Translations under genes and position numbers: made by a program | Assembly: GCA_049517335.1 (NCBI GenBank) | Contig: JBEKSD010000001.1 | Span: forward strand, 1-64,000 | Length of the DNA stretch: 64,000 nt | Direction: 5' to 3' | DNA from: Candidatus Omnitrophota bacterium | Lineage (GTDB): Bacteria > Omnitrophota > Gorgyraeia > Gygaellales > Profunditerraquicolaceae | Notes under the pieces: generated by a model | Told to the model about the DNA's origin: nothing | The model's input: the letters and a program-made list of their open reading frames with translations, nothing else | Database searches by the model: none | Shown here: one piece after another, positions 19,861-29,057 of the stretch | Position numbering within the stretch: the stretch's first letter is position 1 | How the letters are laid out: every line of letters starts with the position of its first letter

Positions 19861-20895
19861 ATGAAGAGAAAGTTTTTATGGCTAATTGTGGCAGCGCTTG
19901 CAACAGCAAGTCTTATGGGAGGCATTGCTTGGGCTGATAAGCTCCTTTTGATAAACGGCGCCGGGGCAACCTTTCCCTACCCGTTATATTCAAAGTGGTT
20001 TTACGAATACACTAAGGTTGATGAGAGTGTAAATTTTAATTATCAATCTATCGGCTCAGGTGGCGGGATAAGACAGATTTTAGCCCAGACAGTTGATTTT
20101 GGCGCATCTGATGGTCCGATGACTGAGGAACAATTAAAACAAGCTCCGGGGGAAATATTACACATACCCATGACTGCAGGAGCTGTGGTTGTTACCTATA
20201 ACCTTCCTCCGATAGATAAGGGATTAAAGTTTAGCCAGGATGTATTGGCGGATATCTTTCTGGGAAAGATTGTAAAATGGAGTGATCCGCGGATTGCCAA
20301 AGATAATCCCGGAGTAAACCTTCCTAAGGCAGATATTATTGTTGCCCATCGTTCAGACGGAAGCGGGACAACCAATATTTTTACGGATTATCTTTCTTCG
20401 GTATCTAGCAGTTGGAAAGCTGAGGTTGGAAAGGGGACTTCGGTGAATTGGCCGGTTGGCTTAGGAGGAAAAGGTAATGAGGGCGTTGCAGGTTTGGTCA
20501 AGCAGACACCAGGCACTATTGGTTATGTGGAGCTTGCTTATGCTGTAAAAAATAACCTTGCCTACGTAGATATCAAAAATAAGGCTGGGAATTTTATAAC
20601 CCCGAGCATCGAAACAACTACAGCAGCAGTGAATGGAAAAATCAATTCAATGCCGGCTGATTTTAGAGTTTCTCTGGTGAATCCTGATGGAGAAAATGCC
20701 TATCCTATTGCCGGACTAACCTGGATCTTAGTCTATAAAAATCAAACTGACAAGATAAAAGGCAAAAAGATAGTTGAATTCCTACGCTGGGCTATAACTG
20801 ATGGCCAAAAATACTCTACTGATTTACTATATGCGCCTTTGCCAAAGAGTATAGTCGAAAAGGTGGAAGAAAAGCTAAATCAGATTAATTATTAG
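19861..20895 (+). CDS. pstS: Phosphate ABC transporter substrate-binding protein
   Basis: GAGATFPYP, YQSIGSGGG, HRSDGSGTT, GKGNEGV; ATG 19861 has an SD. Confidence 0.97.
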   Translation: MKRKFLWLIVAALATASLMGGIAWADKLLLINGAGATFPYPLYSKWFYEYTKVDESVNFNYQSIGSGGGIRQILAQTVDFGASDGPMTEEQLKQAPGEILHIPMTAGAVVVTYNLPPIDKGLKFSQDVLADIFLGKIVKWSDPRIAKDNPGVNLPKADIIVAHRSDGSGTTNIFTDYLSSVSSSWKAEVGKGTSVNWPVGLGGKGNEGVAGLVKQTPGTIGYVELAYAVKNNLAYVDIKNKAGNFITPSIETTTAAVNGKINSMPADFRVSLVNPDGENAYPIAGLTWILVYKNQTDKIKGKKIVEFLRWAITDGQKYSTDLLYAPLPKSIVEKVEEKLNQINY

Positions 20896-20911
20896 GAAAT
20901 TAATTTAAGTT

Positions 20912-21868
20912 ATGAAAGTAAAGTTTCTTGATTTAGGATTTAAGGAGGCGACTACGTTATTGGCTTTATCCGTGGTCGCCTTAACTTTCTTTTTAGTTTA
21001 TAACATGGCTGTTCATGCCATGCCAGCGATCCAGAAATTTGGGTTGCATTTTTTATTTACCTCCACCTGGGACCCGGTTAAAGAAATTTTCGGGGCCTTG
21101 CCTTTTATCTACGGAACCATTGTTTCATCAGCGTTAGCTTTGTTAATTGCCGTGCCAGTTTCATTAGGGATAGCTATTTACCTAGCGGAACTGGCACCTA
21201 GATGGATAAGAGAACCCTTGAGTTTCTTAATTGAGTTATTAGCTGCTATTCCTAGCGTAGTATATGGCTTATGGGGGATATTTGTCTTAGCGCCATTTTT
21301 AAGACAAGATGTGCAGCCATTTTTAGCCAAATTTTTTGGCTTTTTACCGATATTTCAGGGTAATTTTTATGGCGTAGGAATGTTTACAGCTGGGATTATT
21401 TTAAGCATAATGATTATACCCACAATTTCTTCTGTATCAAGAGAGGTATTCTTAGCTGTACCTTTTACTCAACGAGAGGCAGCATTAGCATTAGGTGCAA
21501 CGCGCTGGGAAACTATAAGGCTAAGCGTATTGAAGTCTGCCCGACCAGGAGTCTTAGGCGCAGTAATATTAGGCTTAGGAAGGGCATTAGGCGAAACCAT
21601 GGCAGTTACAATGGTTATAGGTAATAGGCCAGAAATTTCCGCTTCTTTATTCGCTCCCGCATATACCATGGCATCGGTTATAGCTAATGAATTTAGTGAA
21701 GCTACTAGTAATTTATATCTCTCAGCACTTATTGAAATAGGGCTTGTATTATTTTTTATTACACTGATTCTGAATATCGTAGCCAGAGCGCTTATTTGGC
21801 AGGTTTCAGTGAAAGTAAAAGGCGATATAAGAAATGAACATCTACAAAAAAAGGAAAATTGCCAGTAA
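20912..21868 (+). CDS. pstC: Phosphate ABC transporter permease
   Basis: ELLAAIPSVVYGLWG, REAALALGATRWE, GRALGETMAV. Confidence 0.96.
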   Translation: MKVKFLDLGFKEATTLLALSVVALTFFLVYNMAVHAMPAIQKFGLHFLFTSTWDPVKEIFGALPFIYGTIVSSALALLIAVPVSLGIAIYLAELAPRWIREPLSFLIELLAAIPSVVYGLWGIFVLAPFLRQDVQPFLAKFFGFLPIFQGNFYGVGMFTAGIILSIMIIPTISSVSREVFLAVPFTQREAALALGATRWETIRLSVLKSARPGVLGAVILGLGRALGETMAVTMVIGNRPEISASLFAPAYTMASVIANEFSEATSNLYLSALIEIGLVLFFITLILNIVARALIWQVSVKVKGDIRNEHLQKKENCQ

Positions 21869-22679
21869 ATTAATGTGCCTAATTGCATTTTTGTGTGCAA
21901 TTTTGACCTTAGTGCCTTTGATTAGTATTTTGGGTTATGTTATTTCAAAAGGAATTACAAGCGTAAATCTTAGTTTTTTCACTAGTTTACCAAAACCTGT
22001 TGGAGAATCTGGCGGGGGCATGGGTAATGCTATAGTAGGAAGTTTAATTTTAATAGGGCTTTCTTGTTTATGGGCGATACCCATAGGCGTATGGGGCGGT
22101 GTATATCTTTCTGAATTTGGTAATAATAAATTAGGCACAACGATCAGATTTACTGCGGATGTTTTAAGCGGGATTCCATCTATTGTAATCGGAATATTTG
22201 CCTATACCTTATTTGTTCTGCCAATGAAAAGCTTCTCAGCGGTAAGCGGTGCTTTCGCTTTGGGGATAATTATGCTACCTACAGTAATGCGCACAACCGA
22301 AGAGATGCTGAGGATGGTGCCTCGTAATTTACGCGAGGGGGCGTTAGCCTTAGGCATCAGCCCGTTCAGGATGATAATCAGCATAGTATTAAAAACCGCA
22401 TTGCCAGGAATAGTGACAGGAATCCTATTGGCGATAGCACGCATTGCCGGAGAAACAGCCCCGCTTCTTTTTACTGCTTTTGGCAATAGGTTCTGGCATC
22501 AAAGTCTTCAACAACCCATAGCTGCTTTGTCTCTTCAAATATTCGCCTATGCAATTTCTCCTTATGATGATTGGCATAGGCAGGCCTGGGCGGGTGCCTT
22601 TGTGTTAATTTTTATAGTTTTTTTAATGAGTCTTATAAGCCGACTTGTAATTAGATTACGATATAAATTCTCAACATGA
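21834..22679 (+). CDS. pstA: Phosphate ABC transporter permease
   Basis: GIPSIVIG, ARIAGETAPLLFT. Confidence 0.96.
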   Translation: MNIYKKRKIASKLMCLIAFLCAILTLVPLISILGYVISKGITSVNLSFFTSLPKPVGESGGGMGNAIVGSLILIGLSCLWAIPIGVWGGVYLSEFGNNKLGTTIRFTADVLSGIPSIVIGIFAYTLFVLPMKSFSAVSGAFALGIIMLPTVMRTTEEMLRMVPRNLREGALALGISPFRMIISIVLKTALPGIVTGILLAIARIAGETAPLLFTAFGNRFWHQSLQQPIAALSLQIFAYAISPYDDWHRQAWAGAFVLIFIVFLMSLISRLVIRLRYKFST

Positions 22680-22694
22680 AGATAAGGAAGGCAT

Positions 22695-23453
22695 ATGGAA
22701 GAAGCAATTAAGGTATCAAATTTGAATGCATATTTCGGAAATACCCAGGCGTTGAAGGATATCAACATTTCAATTAAAGAAAAAATGGTTACCGCTATTA
22801 TTGGTCCTTCAGGTTGTGGTAAGTCTACATTTATACGTTGCATAAACAGACTGCATGAGGTTGTACCGAATACAAAAGTATTCGGTGAGGTTTTATTAGA
22901 CGGCAAAGATATTTACTCAACCGATATTGATCCCATTGAGCTAAGGCGAAGGGTTGGGATGGTGTTTCAGAGACCTAATCCGTTTCCTGTGCTTTCCATA
23001 TACGATAATGTGGCAGCAGGTCTAAAATTAAACGGAATGAAAAGAAGGGATGATCTTGATGAAATAGTTGAAAAGTCACTTAGGATGGCGGCCTTATGGG
23101 ATGAGGTGAAAGATAAACTTAATGCTTCAGGTGTAAGTCTTTCTGGAGGCCAACAGCAACGGCTATGTATTGCCAGGGCCGTAGCAGTTAAGCCAGAAGT
23201 AATTTTGTTTGATGAACCGTGCGCAAGCCTTGATCCTATTTCAACAGCAAAAATAGAAGAGTTAATTATGGAGCTGAAAAAAGATTATACTATTGTAATT
23301 GTAACCCACAATATGCAACAGGCCTCTAGGACTTCAGATTATACTGCATTTTTTTTAATGGGAGAAATCATCGAGCTTGGCAAGACACCGGACATTTTTA
23401 CCAAGCCCCAAAATACCAAAACCGAGGCTTATATTACTGGTAGGTTTGGTTAA
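22695..23453 (+). CDS. pstB: Phosphate ABC transporter ATPase
   Basis: [29 protein letters not shown]. Confidence 0.98.
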   Translation: MEEAIKVSNLNAYFGNTQALKDINISIKEKMVTAIIGPSGCGKSTFIRCINRLHEVVPNTKVFGEVLLDGKDIYSTDIDPIELRRRVGMVFQRPNPFPVLSIYDNVAAGLKLNGMKRRDDLDEIVEKSLRMAALWDEVKDKLNASGVSLSGGQQQRLCIARAVAVKPEVILFDEPCASLDPISTAKIEELIMELKKDYTIVIVTHNMQQASRTSDYTAFFLMGEIIELGKTPDIFTKPQNTKTEAYITGRFG

Positions 23454-23491
23454 TTAAAAGTATAATTAGTAGGTAGTGCATAGGAGGAACG

Positions 23492-24169
23492 ATGGGAAAA
23501 CATTTTGATGAAGAATTAAGAGATTTAAACAACGATATATTAAAGATGGGAGTTTTTGCCGAAGAGGCTATTTATAAGTCTATTGAGTCGCTTAAAAACC
23601 GCGATAAAGATATGACTCAAGAAGTCATTAATAATGACAAGGCAATTGATAAATTGGAACTAATAGTTGATGAGAAGTGTTTAGACCTGATAGCCCGGCA
23701 TCAACCAATGGCTAAAGATCTCCGCTTTATTACAACCGGTATGAAGATAAACGCTGAACTAGAAAGAATAGCGGATATTGCAGTAGATATAGCACAACGT
23801 ACGCTTGAAATAGTAGATAAGCCTCTTTTAAAGCCGCTGGTTGATATACCTAAGTTAACAGTTGTGGCGCAAAATATGGTAAAGATGTCCATAGATGCGT
23901 TTGTCAAAGGCGATATTGCGTTAGCTAAAAAAGTCTTATTATCTGACTCTGAAGCCGATCAGCTCCGCAATATAATACAAAAAGAACTTATCGAAGATTA
24001 TATGGTCAAAGATGCTACTACTGTTCCGAGAGCGGTTCAGTTGTTATTGATAGCCCGTTTCTTGGAGCGCATATGTGACCATACCACTAATATTGCAGAA
24101 GATGTGATCTACATGGTGCAAGCAGAAGTCGTAAGGCATCATCCTGAGAAATTAAATAATGGGAAATAA
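23492..24169 (+). CDS. phoU: Phosphate signalling protein
   Basis: QPMAKDLR, ELERIAD, LERICDHTTNIAE. Confidence 0.96.
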   Translation: MGKHFDEELRDLNNDILKMGVFAEEAIYKSIESLKNRDKDMTQEVINNDKAIDKLELIVDEKCLDLIARHQPMAKDLRFITTGMKINAELERIADIAVDIAQRTLEIVDKPLLKPLVDIPKLTVVAQNMVKMSIDAFVKGDIALAKKVLLSDSEADQLRNIIQKELIEDYMVKDATTVPRAVQLLLIARFLERICDHTTNIAEDVIYMVQAEVVRHHPEKLNNGK

Positions 24170-24445
24170 AATGTCCATCTCTCGGAGGCTAGACAACGAT
24201 AACCATTTATGTGTCAAAAAGTTACATAAAATGACCCCCCTAAAAAGCGGACAAATAGGGCAAGAAATCGACTAAAATACCATAATCATACCTTAAAATC
24301 TATTTCTTATAGCCCATAATTTCTTGATATTTGCCCAATTTCCTATATAATTAGCCTATCAATATTGAGAGATAAAGTTATTACCTAATGCCAACGCGGG
24401 CAATAAATACAAAAGACCCGCTTGAAAAGGTAGGTTTTTATTGTC

Positions 24446-24730
24446 ATGAACATTAAGAAAATCATAGCAAAAGAGGGGCTAATTTTGTTAGGTATCGTAA
24501 TTTTAGGGCTAGCCGTATATTTTATAGGCAGCCACTTAAATGCCGTTTATTTAAGTGAGCACACAGCCTCTAGATTCAAAGTCGTGCAAAATATGAGGTA
24601 TCACCTTGTAGGCTATATCCCATATATGAGAACGATATCTTTTGGCTTAAAGATAGCTATATTCGGCTACCCCGTTATTCTGCTCATTCGTTTTATCTTC
24701 TGGGCGGCTAGGATACTAAAGGGGAAATGA
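24446..24730 (+). CDS. Hypothetical 2-TM membrane protein
   Basis: Two hydrophobic segments; TTGATA-16-TATAAT promoter at 24324-24351. Confidence 0.65.
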   Translation: MNIKKIIAKEGLILLGIVILGLAVYFIGSHLNAVYLSEHTASRFKVVQNMRYHLVGYIPYMRTISFGLKIAIFGYPVILLIRFIFWAARILKGK

Positions 24731-25137
24731 TAAAAAAAGGAAAGTTAATTTATATCAGTTTACTGCTTATTGGGATATTTATGGCGAGCAGCCGCTTATT
24801 TGCTTCGGATATTGATATTATTCTGGCAGAACTTAAGAGGTTAAATATTAAAGTCACCGGCCTCATTGAACCGCAGGAAGAACAGCTACCGGCTTATTTA
24901 TCCGGCCCTTATTGGGGCCTGTTAAAAAATGTATGTAAAGAAGGAGGGTATGATTTAGCTACGTATGCAGGTAGGAAAGTTATGTATGTAAACCTTCCCA
25001 TCGCGGATAATTCCAATAAACCTCTTAATGTCGTTGTATTTAGCTGCGCAGAGAAGATTGCCTGTGTCTACAAAGTAGATAAAGAAACAGTGCCGGGTAT
25101 GCTCCCAGTAAGTAACCCCGGAAAAAAGTCAAAATAA
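24727..25137 (+). CDS. Hypothetical exported protein (DUF4830-like)
   Basis: Signal peptide; GYDLATYAGRKV resembles the DUF4830 core (recall); ATGA overlap. Confidence 0.55.
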   Translation: MIKKGKLIYISLLLIGIFMASSRLFASDIDIILAELKRLNIKVTGLIEPQEEQLPAYLSGPYWGLLKNVCKEGGYDLATYAGRKVMYVNLPIADNSNKPLNVVVFSCAEKIACVYKVDKETVPGMLPVSNPGKKSK

Positions 25138-25213
25138 AGGGGAATTAGTCTATTTCCTCATCATCGCCGTTAAATTATAATGAACCCCGTTTCAATCAGA
25201 ATGCAGAGGGTCT

Positions 25214-25765
25214 ATGCATCCTTACGCTTCAATAAAAGTTAAGGCCGTATTATTTCTATTCTCTCTCCTGTTTTTTAATTTTATATTTTTCAAGGCAGCG
25301 TATCCGCAGGATAGCGAAGAGACGTACCAGACGGGCCTTCAAGCCGCAAAATCCAGAGATTCCGGTTTTGCCTTCATGTATTTTCAGATGCTTTTGGATA
25401 ATTATCCTGAGTCAAGGCATAGGCAGGACGCATTATTTGCCACAGGAGAATATTATTTCTTCTCCCGAGATTACCGTGATGCGGCCGGGAAATTCCTGCA
25501 GTTGGTTAATGATTATCCGGGCTATAAAGGAGAAATATTCGCGCTCGCATATCTTTTTAAACTGGCAGAATTGCAGGGCAAAGAGTCTTTGGCCAAAGAG
25601 CTAGAAAATAAAATAGTGACATATGAAAGGCTTATTTTCCTGTTTAAAGATTATAAAAAGTATAAGTTCAAGTCGCCGCTTTATAGAAAATACGAGGTAA
25701 TTTATCATATTGATAACGTAGAATTCTATTTAGATGGGGAGATATTTGCAAAAATTTACTATTAA
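25214..25765 (+). CDS. Exported TPR-repeat protein
   Basis: Signal peptide; YPESRHRQDALFATGEYY and LVNDYP TPR-like units. Confidence 0.7.
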   Translation: MHPYASIKVKAVLFLFSLLFFNFIFFKAAYPQDSEETYQTGLQAAKSRDSGFAFMYFQMLLDNYPESRHRQDALFATGEYYFFSRDYRDAAGKFLQLVNDYPGYKGEIFALAYLFKLAELQGKESLAKELENKIVTYERLIFLFKDYKKYKFKSPLYRKYEVIYHIDNVEFYLDGEIFAKIYY

Positions 25766-27617
25766 ATCCCGGGAATTCTTAATTTTCCTGCTCATTTTAT
25801 TTCTTCTGGCCGCATCTTTCGCCGTAATATACCGGCTTATCCTAACTGAATCAAGAAAACAATTAAAATTTACCCTGGAAAGCTATTTTGGCCATACGCT
25901 AGCTTCAGGACAGATAGGATACCTACCGCCGAACATCATCGTCATTAAAAATGTTTTTTTTCAAGGCGCCGCGCCGTCTGCAGAGGAGCCCGCTGTTTTT
26001 ATACCATCCGTATCCATTAAATTATCCTTCTGGGACATGATAATCAAAAGACAGTTGTTTGTTTCGGACGTTTATTTTTACGGTTCGGAAGTAAATTTCA
26101 TTAAAATGCGTGATTTTATAAGCGGCAAGTCCGGCCAAATTGCCTCTTCCATTCAAAGTTTACGCAAACAGGATATTAATTTTTTCGTTAAAGGTATGAA
26201 GTTATATCTGGGCAAAGATAATTCAGGCTCCGGATATATTGTCGCTGATTTCAGCTTAAAAATAAAAGGCGATTCTTTCATAAGTTCCGGCATAATTAAG
26301 CGCGAAAAGCTGCCTTTAAGCTACAATTTCAAAGCCTCCCTTTCGAGAAGCGGGCTCTCTATAGAGAAGTTTGAATTGACAAGAGAGGGGTTATTCCTGC
26401 AGTTGTGGGGAAACCAGGAAGGTAAGTTCTTTAAGTTAAACGGGTTCGCGTTTATGGACACTTTTTTTAAAAGAGACGCAAGTCCAAGAGCCAATTTATT
26501 CATGCTTGATATAGATTTCCGGGGCGAATACGCTTTTCCTGAACTCAAGATAGAGCAGCTCAAATTTTCTTTAAACAACAACCCCGTTGAGATAAAAGGA
26601 AATATTATGTTTTTAGGACCGCCTTCAGTGGATCTGTCTATTTCTTCAGATGTTAAAAAGATAAAAGCTAAAATTAAAGGTAGGCTGGAGGAAAAGACCT
26701 TTATAAGCGATATTGCGCTAGATATTGAATCCGTGAAAAAAGAAAGAAGCGTTTCTTCTTTGGAAAGAATTCAATGCACGTTTAATAATTTAGTTCTATG
26801 TTTTGCACAATATCCTTATCTTAAAATGCGCCTTGGCTATGGTAGCTTAAATTTTAAGGATGCTGAAAGCGAACATAAGTTAATTTTAACCGGCCTTAGC
26901 GCCGCATTTAACCTTAAAGACGAAAAGCTAAAATTTGCCGAGTTTAGCTGTCCGTTTTATAACGGCAGATTAGACGGCCGTGCTCGCCTTGATATTTCCC
27001 GCTCTCCGCTGAGCTTTGCATCTCTGTTCAGGATAAAAAATGCCGATGCCGATAAATTTAATACCCTCTCTACCGATTTATCAAAATTCCACGGTAGATT
27101 AAACAGTTTGGTATATTTTAGTAATTCTCCAAGTTTACTTTTGAAAGGTGGAATAGTTATACGTGATGGTTATCTACAGGATTCGGTTTTTTTTAACTGG
27201 CTGGCCGGATATTTTAACCTGCCTGCACTAAAAAAAATAAATTTTAATATGCTGTCTTCAGATTTTCTGCTAAACGCCAAAAACGTAAGCCTTAACAGAA
27301 TGCGTCTTATATCTGAAGACGTTAAATTAAACGGCTACTTCAATTTAAACCGGAATGATTTGGTTTCAAGCAAGATTTCTCTCGGTTTTTCCCGGAAATT
27401 ACTGCAGCAGTCTAAAAAACTCACCCCCCTGCTTAAACTATTGGGCCAGGAATTTAAGGATATTATTTTTGATTTCCAGCTTTCAGGCGACGTGCATAGA
27501 ATGAATTTCCAATGGCTTGAATCGGATTTTAAGAGGAGGCTGCAGGCGGCAATACCCGATTTTATCAAAAGAGGCATGGACAGGAATGTCGAGAATATTA
27601 TAAGGAGTTTTCATTAA
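25734..27617 (+). CDS. AsmA-like envelope protein
   Basis: N-terminal TM, long beta-rich body, FYNGRLDG and DFQLSG C-terminal patterns. Confidence 0.6.
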   Translation: MGRYLQKFTIKSREFLIFLLILFLLAASFAVIYRLILTESRKQLKFTLESYFGHTLASGQIGYLPPNIIVIKNVFFQGAAPSAEEPAVFIPSVSIKLSFWDMIIKRQLFVSDVYFYGSEVNFIKMRDFISGKSGQIASSIQSLRKQDINFFVKGMKLYLGKDNSGSGYIVADFSLKIKGDSFISSGIIKREKLPLSYNFKASLSRSGLSIEKFELTREGLFLQLWGNQEGKFFKLNGFAFMDTFFKRDASPRANLFMLDIDFRGEYAFPELKIEQLKFSLNNNPVEIKGNIMFLGPPSVDLSISSDVKKIKAKIKGRLEEKTFISDIALDIESVKKERSVSSLERIQCTFNNLVLCFAQYPYLKMRLGYGSLNFKDAESEHKLILTGLSAAFNLKDEKLKFAEFSCPFYNGRLDGRARLDISRSPLSFASLFRIKNADADKFNTLSTDLSKFHGRLNSLVYFSNSPSLLLKGGIVIRDGYLQDSVFFNWLAGYFNLPALKKINFNMLSSDFLLNAKNVSLNRMRLISEDVKLNGYFNLNRNDLVSSKISLGFSRKLLQQSKKLTPLLKLLGQEFKDIIFDFQLSGDVHRMNFQWLESDFKRRLQAAIPDFIKRGMDRNVENIIRSFH

Positions 27618-27624
27618 TAGCTCT

Positions 27625-28914
27625 TTATTTTTTAAACTTTTCTTCTTTTAACTCCCCCAACATTATTATGGTAAGGACAAGTATCACCGCTTCGGTTATT
27701 ATGGTGGCGAAAGCAGCTCCGGGGTAGGAGATTAATTTTATTAAAAGGAAAATTAACGGCAGGCCGATTAAGGCTCCGGCGATATGGATTTTTGAATAGA
27801 TATCCGTCCTGTCACAGATAAGCAAGAACTGTACCGGGAAAGCATTTGTCGCCACAAAAATTATTGATACCAGAAGAAGCCTTAAGGTGATAACGACCTC
27901 CTGGAAATCGTAACCGCAGACGGTTTTTACTATTGCCGGAGAAGCTAAATAGATAAACGGCAAGGTTATTAAAGACACATAGACGACGATAGACTGGGAT
28001 TTACGCATAATCTTGAATGCTCTCGGTTTGCTTCTTTGGAAGATACTGTTAAGCCTCGGGTAAATTGCCTGCGAAAATGAAGTTAAAGGGAATGTCTGGA
28101 TGAGGCCTGCGATTTTTTCGGCAATTGAATAATAACCGGTAAGCATGTTGTTCGTAAGTAAACCTACTGCAAAAACGCGCGATGAAGTGTAAGCATTTAT
28201 TGCCACTATTGAAGAAAAAACATTCCATCCTGTCCTGAATTCCTCCCTGATATGCGCGTATTTATGAAAAACGAAACTTAATTCAAATTTACTGAAAGCA
28301 ATATAAAAGGCGCATAAGCCCGTTATCAAAAAGAACAAGGAGTTAAGCGTTGGCACCATAAGGTAGTCGCCGGATTTTCTTACAAAGATAAAGATGCACG
28401 CCGCATAAATTATGCCGCCGACGATATTTATCGCTGAGATATATTTCATTTTCTCAGTCCCCTGAAAGAACCACACCGGGAAAAGCGTATTACCTATGAC
28501 CGCCCAGAAGCTAATAAAGAAGATAAGCCAGTCATTCTTAAAACGCGGGACAAAATTCAGGATAAGCAGGAAAATAATCAGGCTTATAAAGGTAAGGATG
28601 AGTTTTGCGGTCATAACCGAGGAAAATATGGAACAGGCCTCTTGTTTATTCTCGCGGCAGAGAGAAATCCTGCGTGTGGCGGTGAAGTTGAACCCGTAAT
28701 CCGTCAGGATCATGAAATACTGCACAAAGGCTTGGGCAAAAGCGATTAGGCCGAATTTTTCAGGCCCGATAATGCGCACCAGATAAGGAAGTACCAGTAT
28801 GGGCAGGACGTAATTAATGCCTTGCAGGGTGGAGAGGGAGATAAAATTACCCAGCACCACTTTTTTCTCTTCGGGCGTTGCGATTTTGTCGTATGGTCTG
28901 GTTATGAAGGGCAT
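27625..28914 (-). CDS. Polysaccharide flippase (Wzx family)
   Basis: LPYLVRIIGPEKFG, TDYGFNFTATR, PVWFFQGTEKM, GYYSIAEK. Confidence 0.88.
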   Translation of the reverse strand: MPFITRPYDKIATPEEKKVVLGNFISLSTLQGINYVLPILVLPYLVRIIGPEKFGLIAFAQAFVQYFMILTDYGFNFTATRRISLCRENKQEACSIFSSVMTAKLILTFISLIIFLLILNFVPRFKNDWLIFFISFWAVIGNTLFPVWFFQGTEKMKYISAINIVGGIIYAACIFIFVRKSGDYLMVPTLNSLFFLITGLCAFYIAFSKFELSFVFHKYAHIREEFRTGWNVFSSIVAINAYTSSRVFAVGLLTNNMLTGYYSIAEKIAGLIQTFPLTSFSQAIYPRLNSIFQRSKPRAFKIMRKSQSIVVYVSLITLPFIYLASPAIVKTVCGYDFQEVVITLRLLLVSIIFVATNAFPVQFLLICDRTDIYSKIHIAGALIGLPLIFLLIKLISYPGAAFATIITEAVILVLTIIMLGELKEEKFKK

Positions 28915-29057
28915 CTTCCTTTAATTTACACTCTAAAATTAAATTAGTCAATGTTAAAAAATTGGGATCGGAATTCCTCTCTGCCGACAGGTAGAAGTTC
29001 CGGTCAGCCTATTAAATTACTTGCAAAAGAAAAAGCCTTATGATAACCTAATTCCCT

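Noticed and set aside
24170-24445. attR copy of the tRNA-fMet 3' end, or a riboswitch before the 24446 ORF
   Set aside because: No tRNA duplication found; only a short TGAGAGATAA match and weak hairpins (GCGGG/CCCGC) fitting no family I know.
28964-29005. REP-like hairpin between the flippase and GH94 genes, and a similar short palindrome near 48086-48103
   Set aside because: Single degenerate copies in the window; no repeat family can be established.
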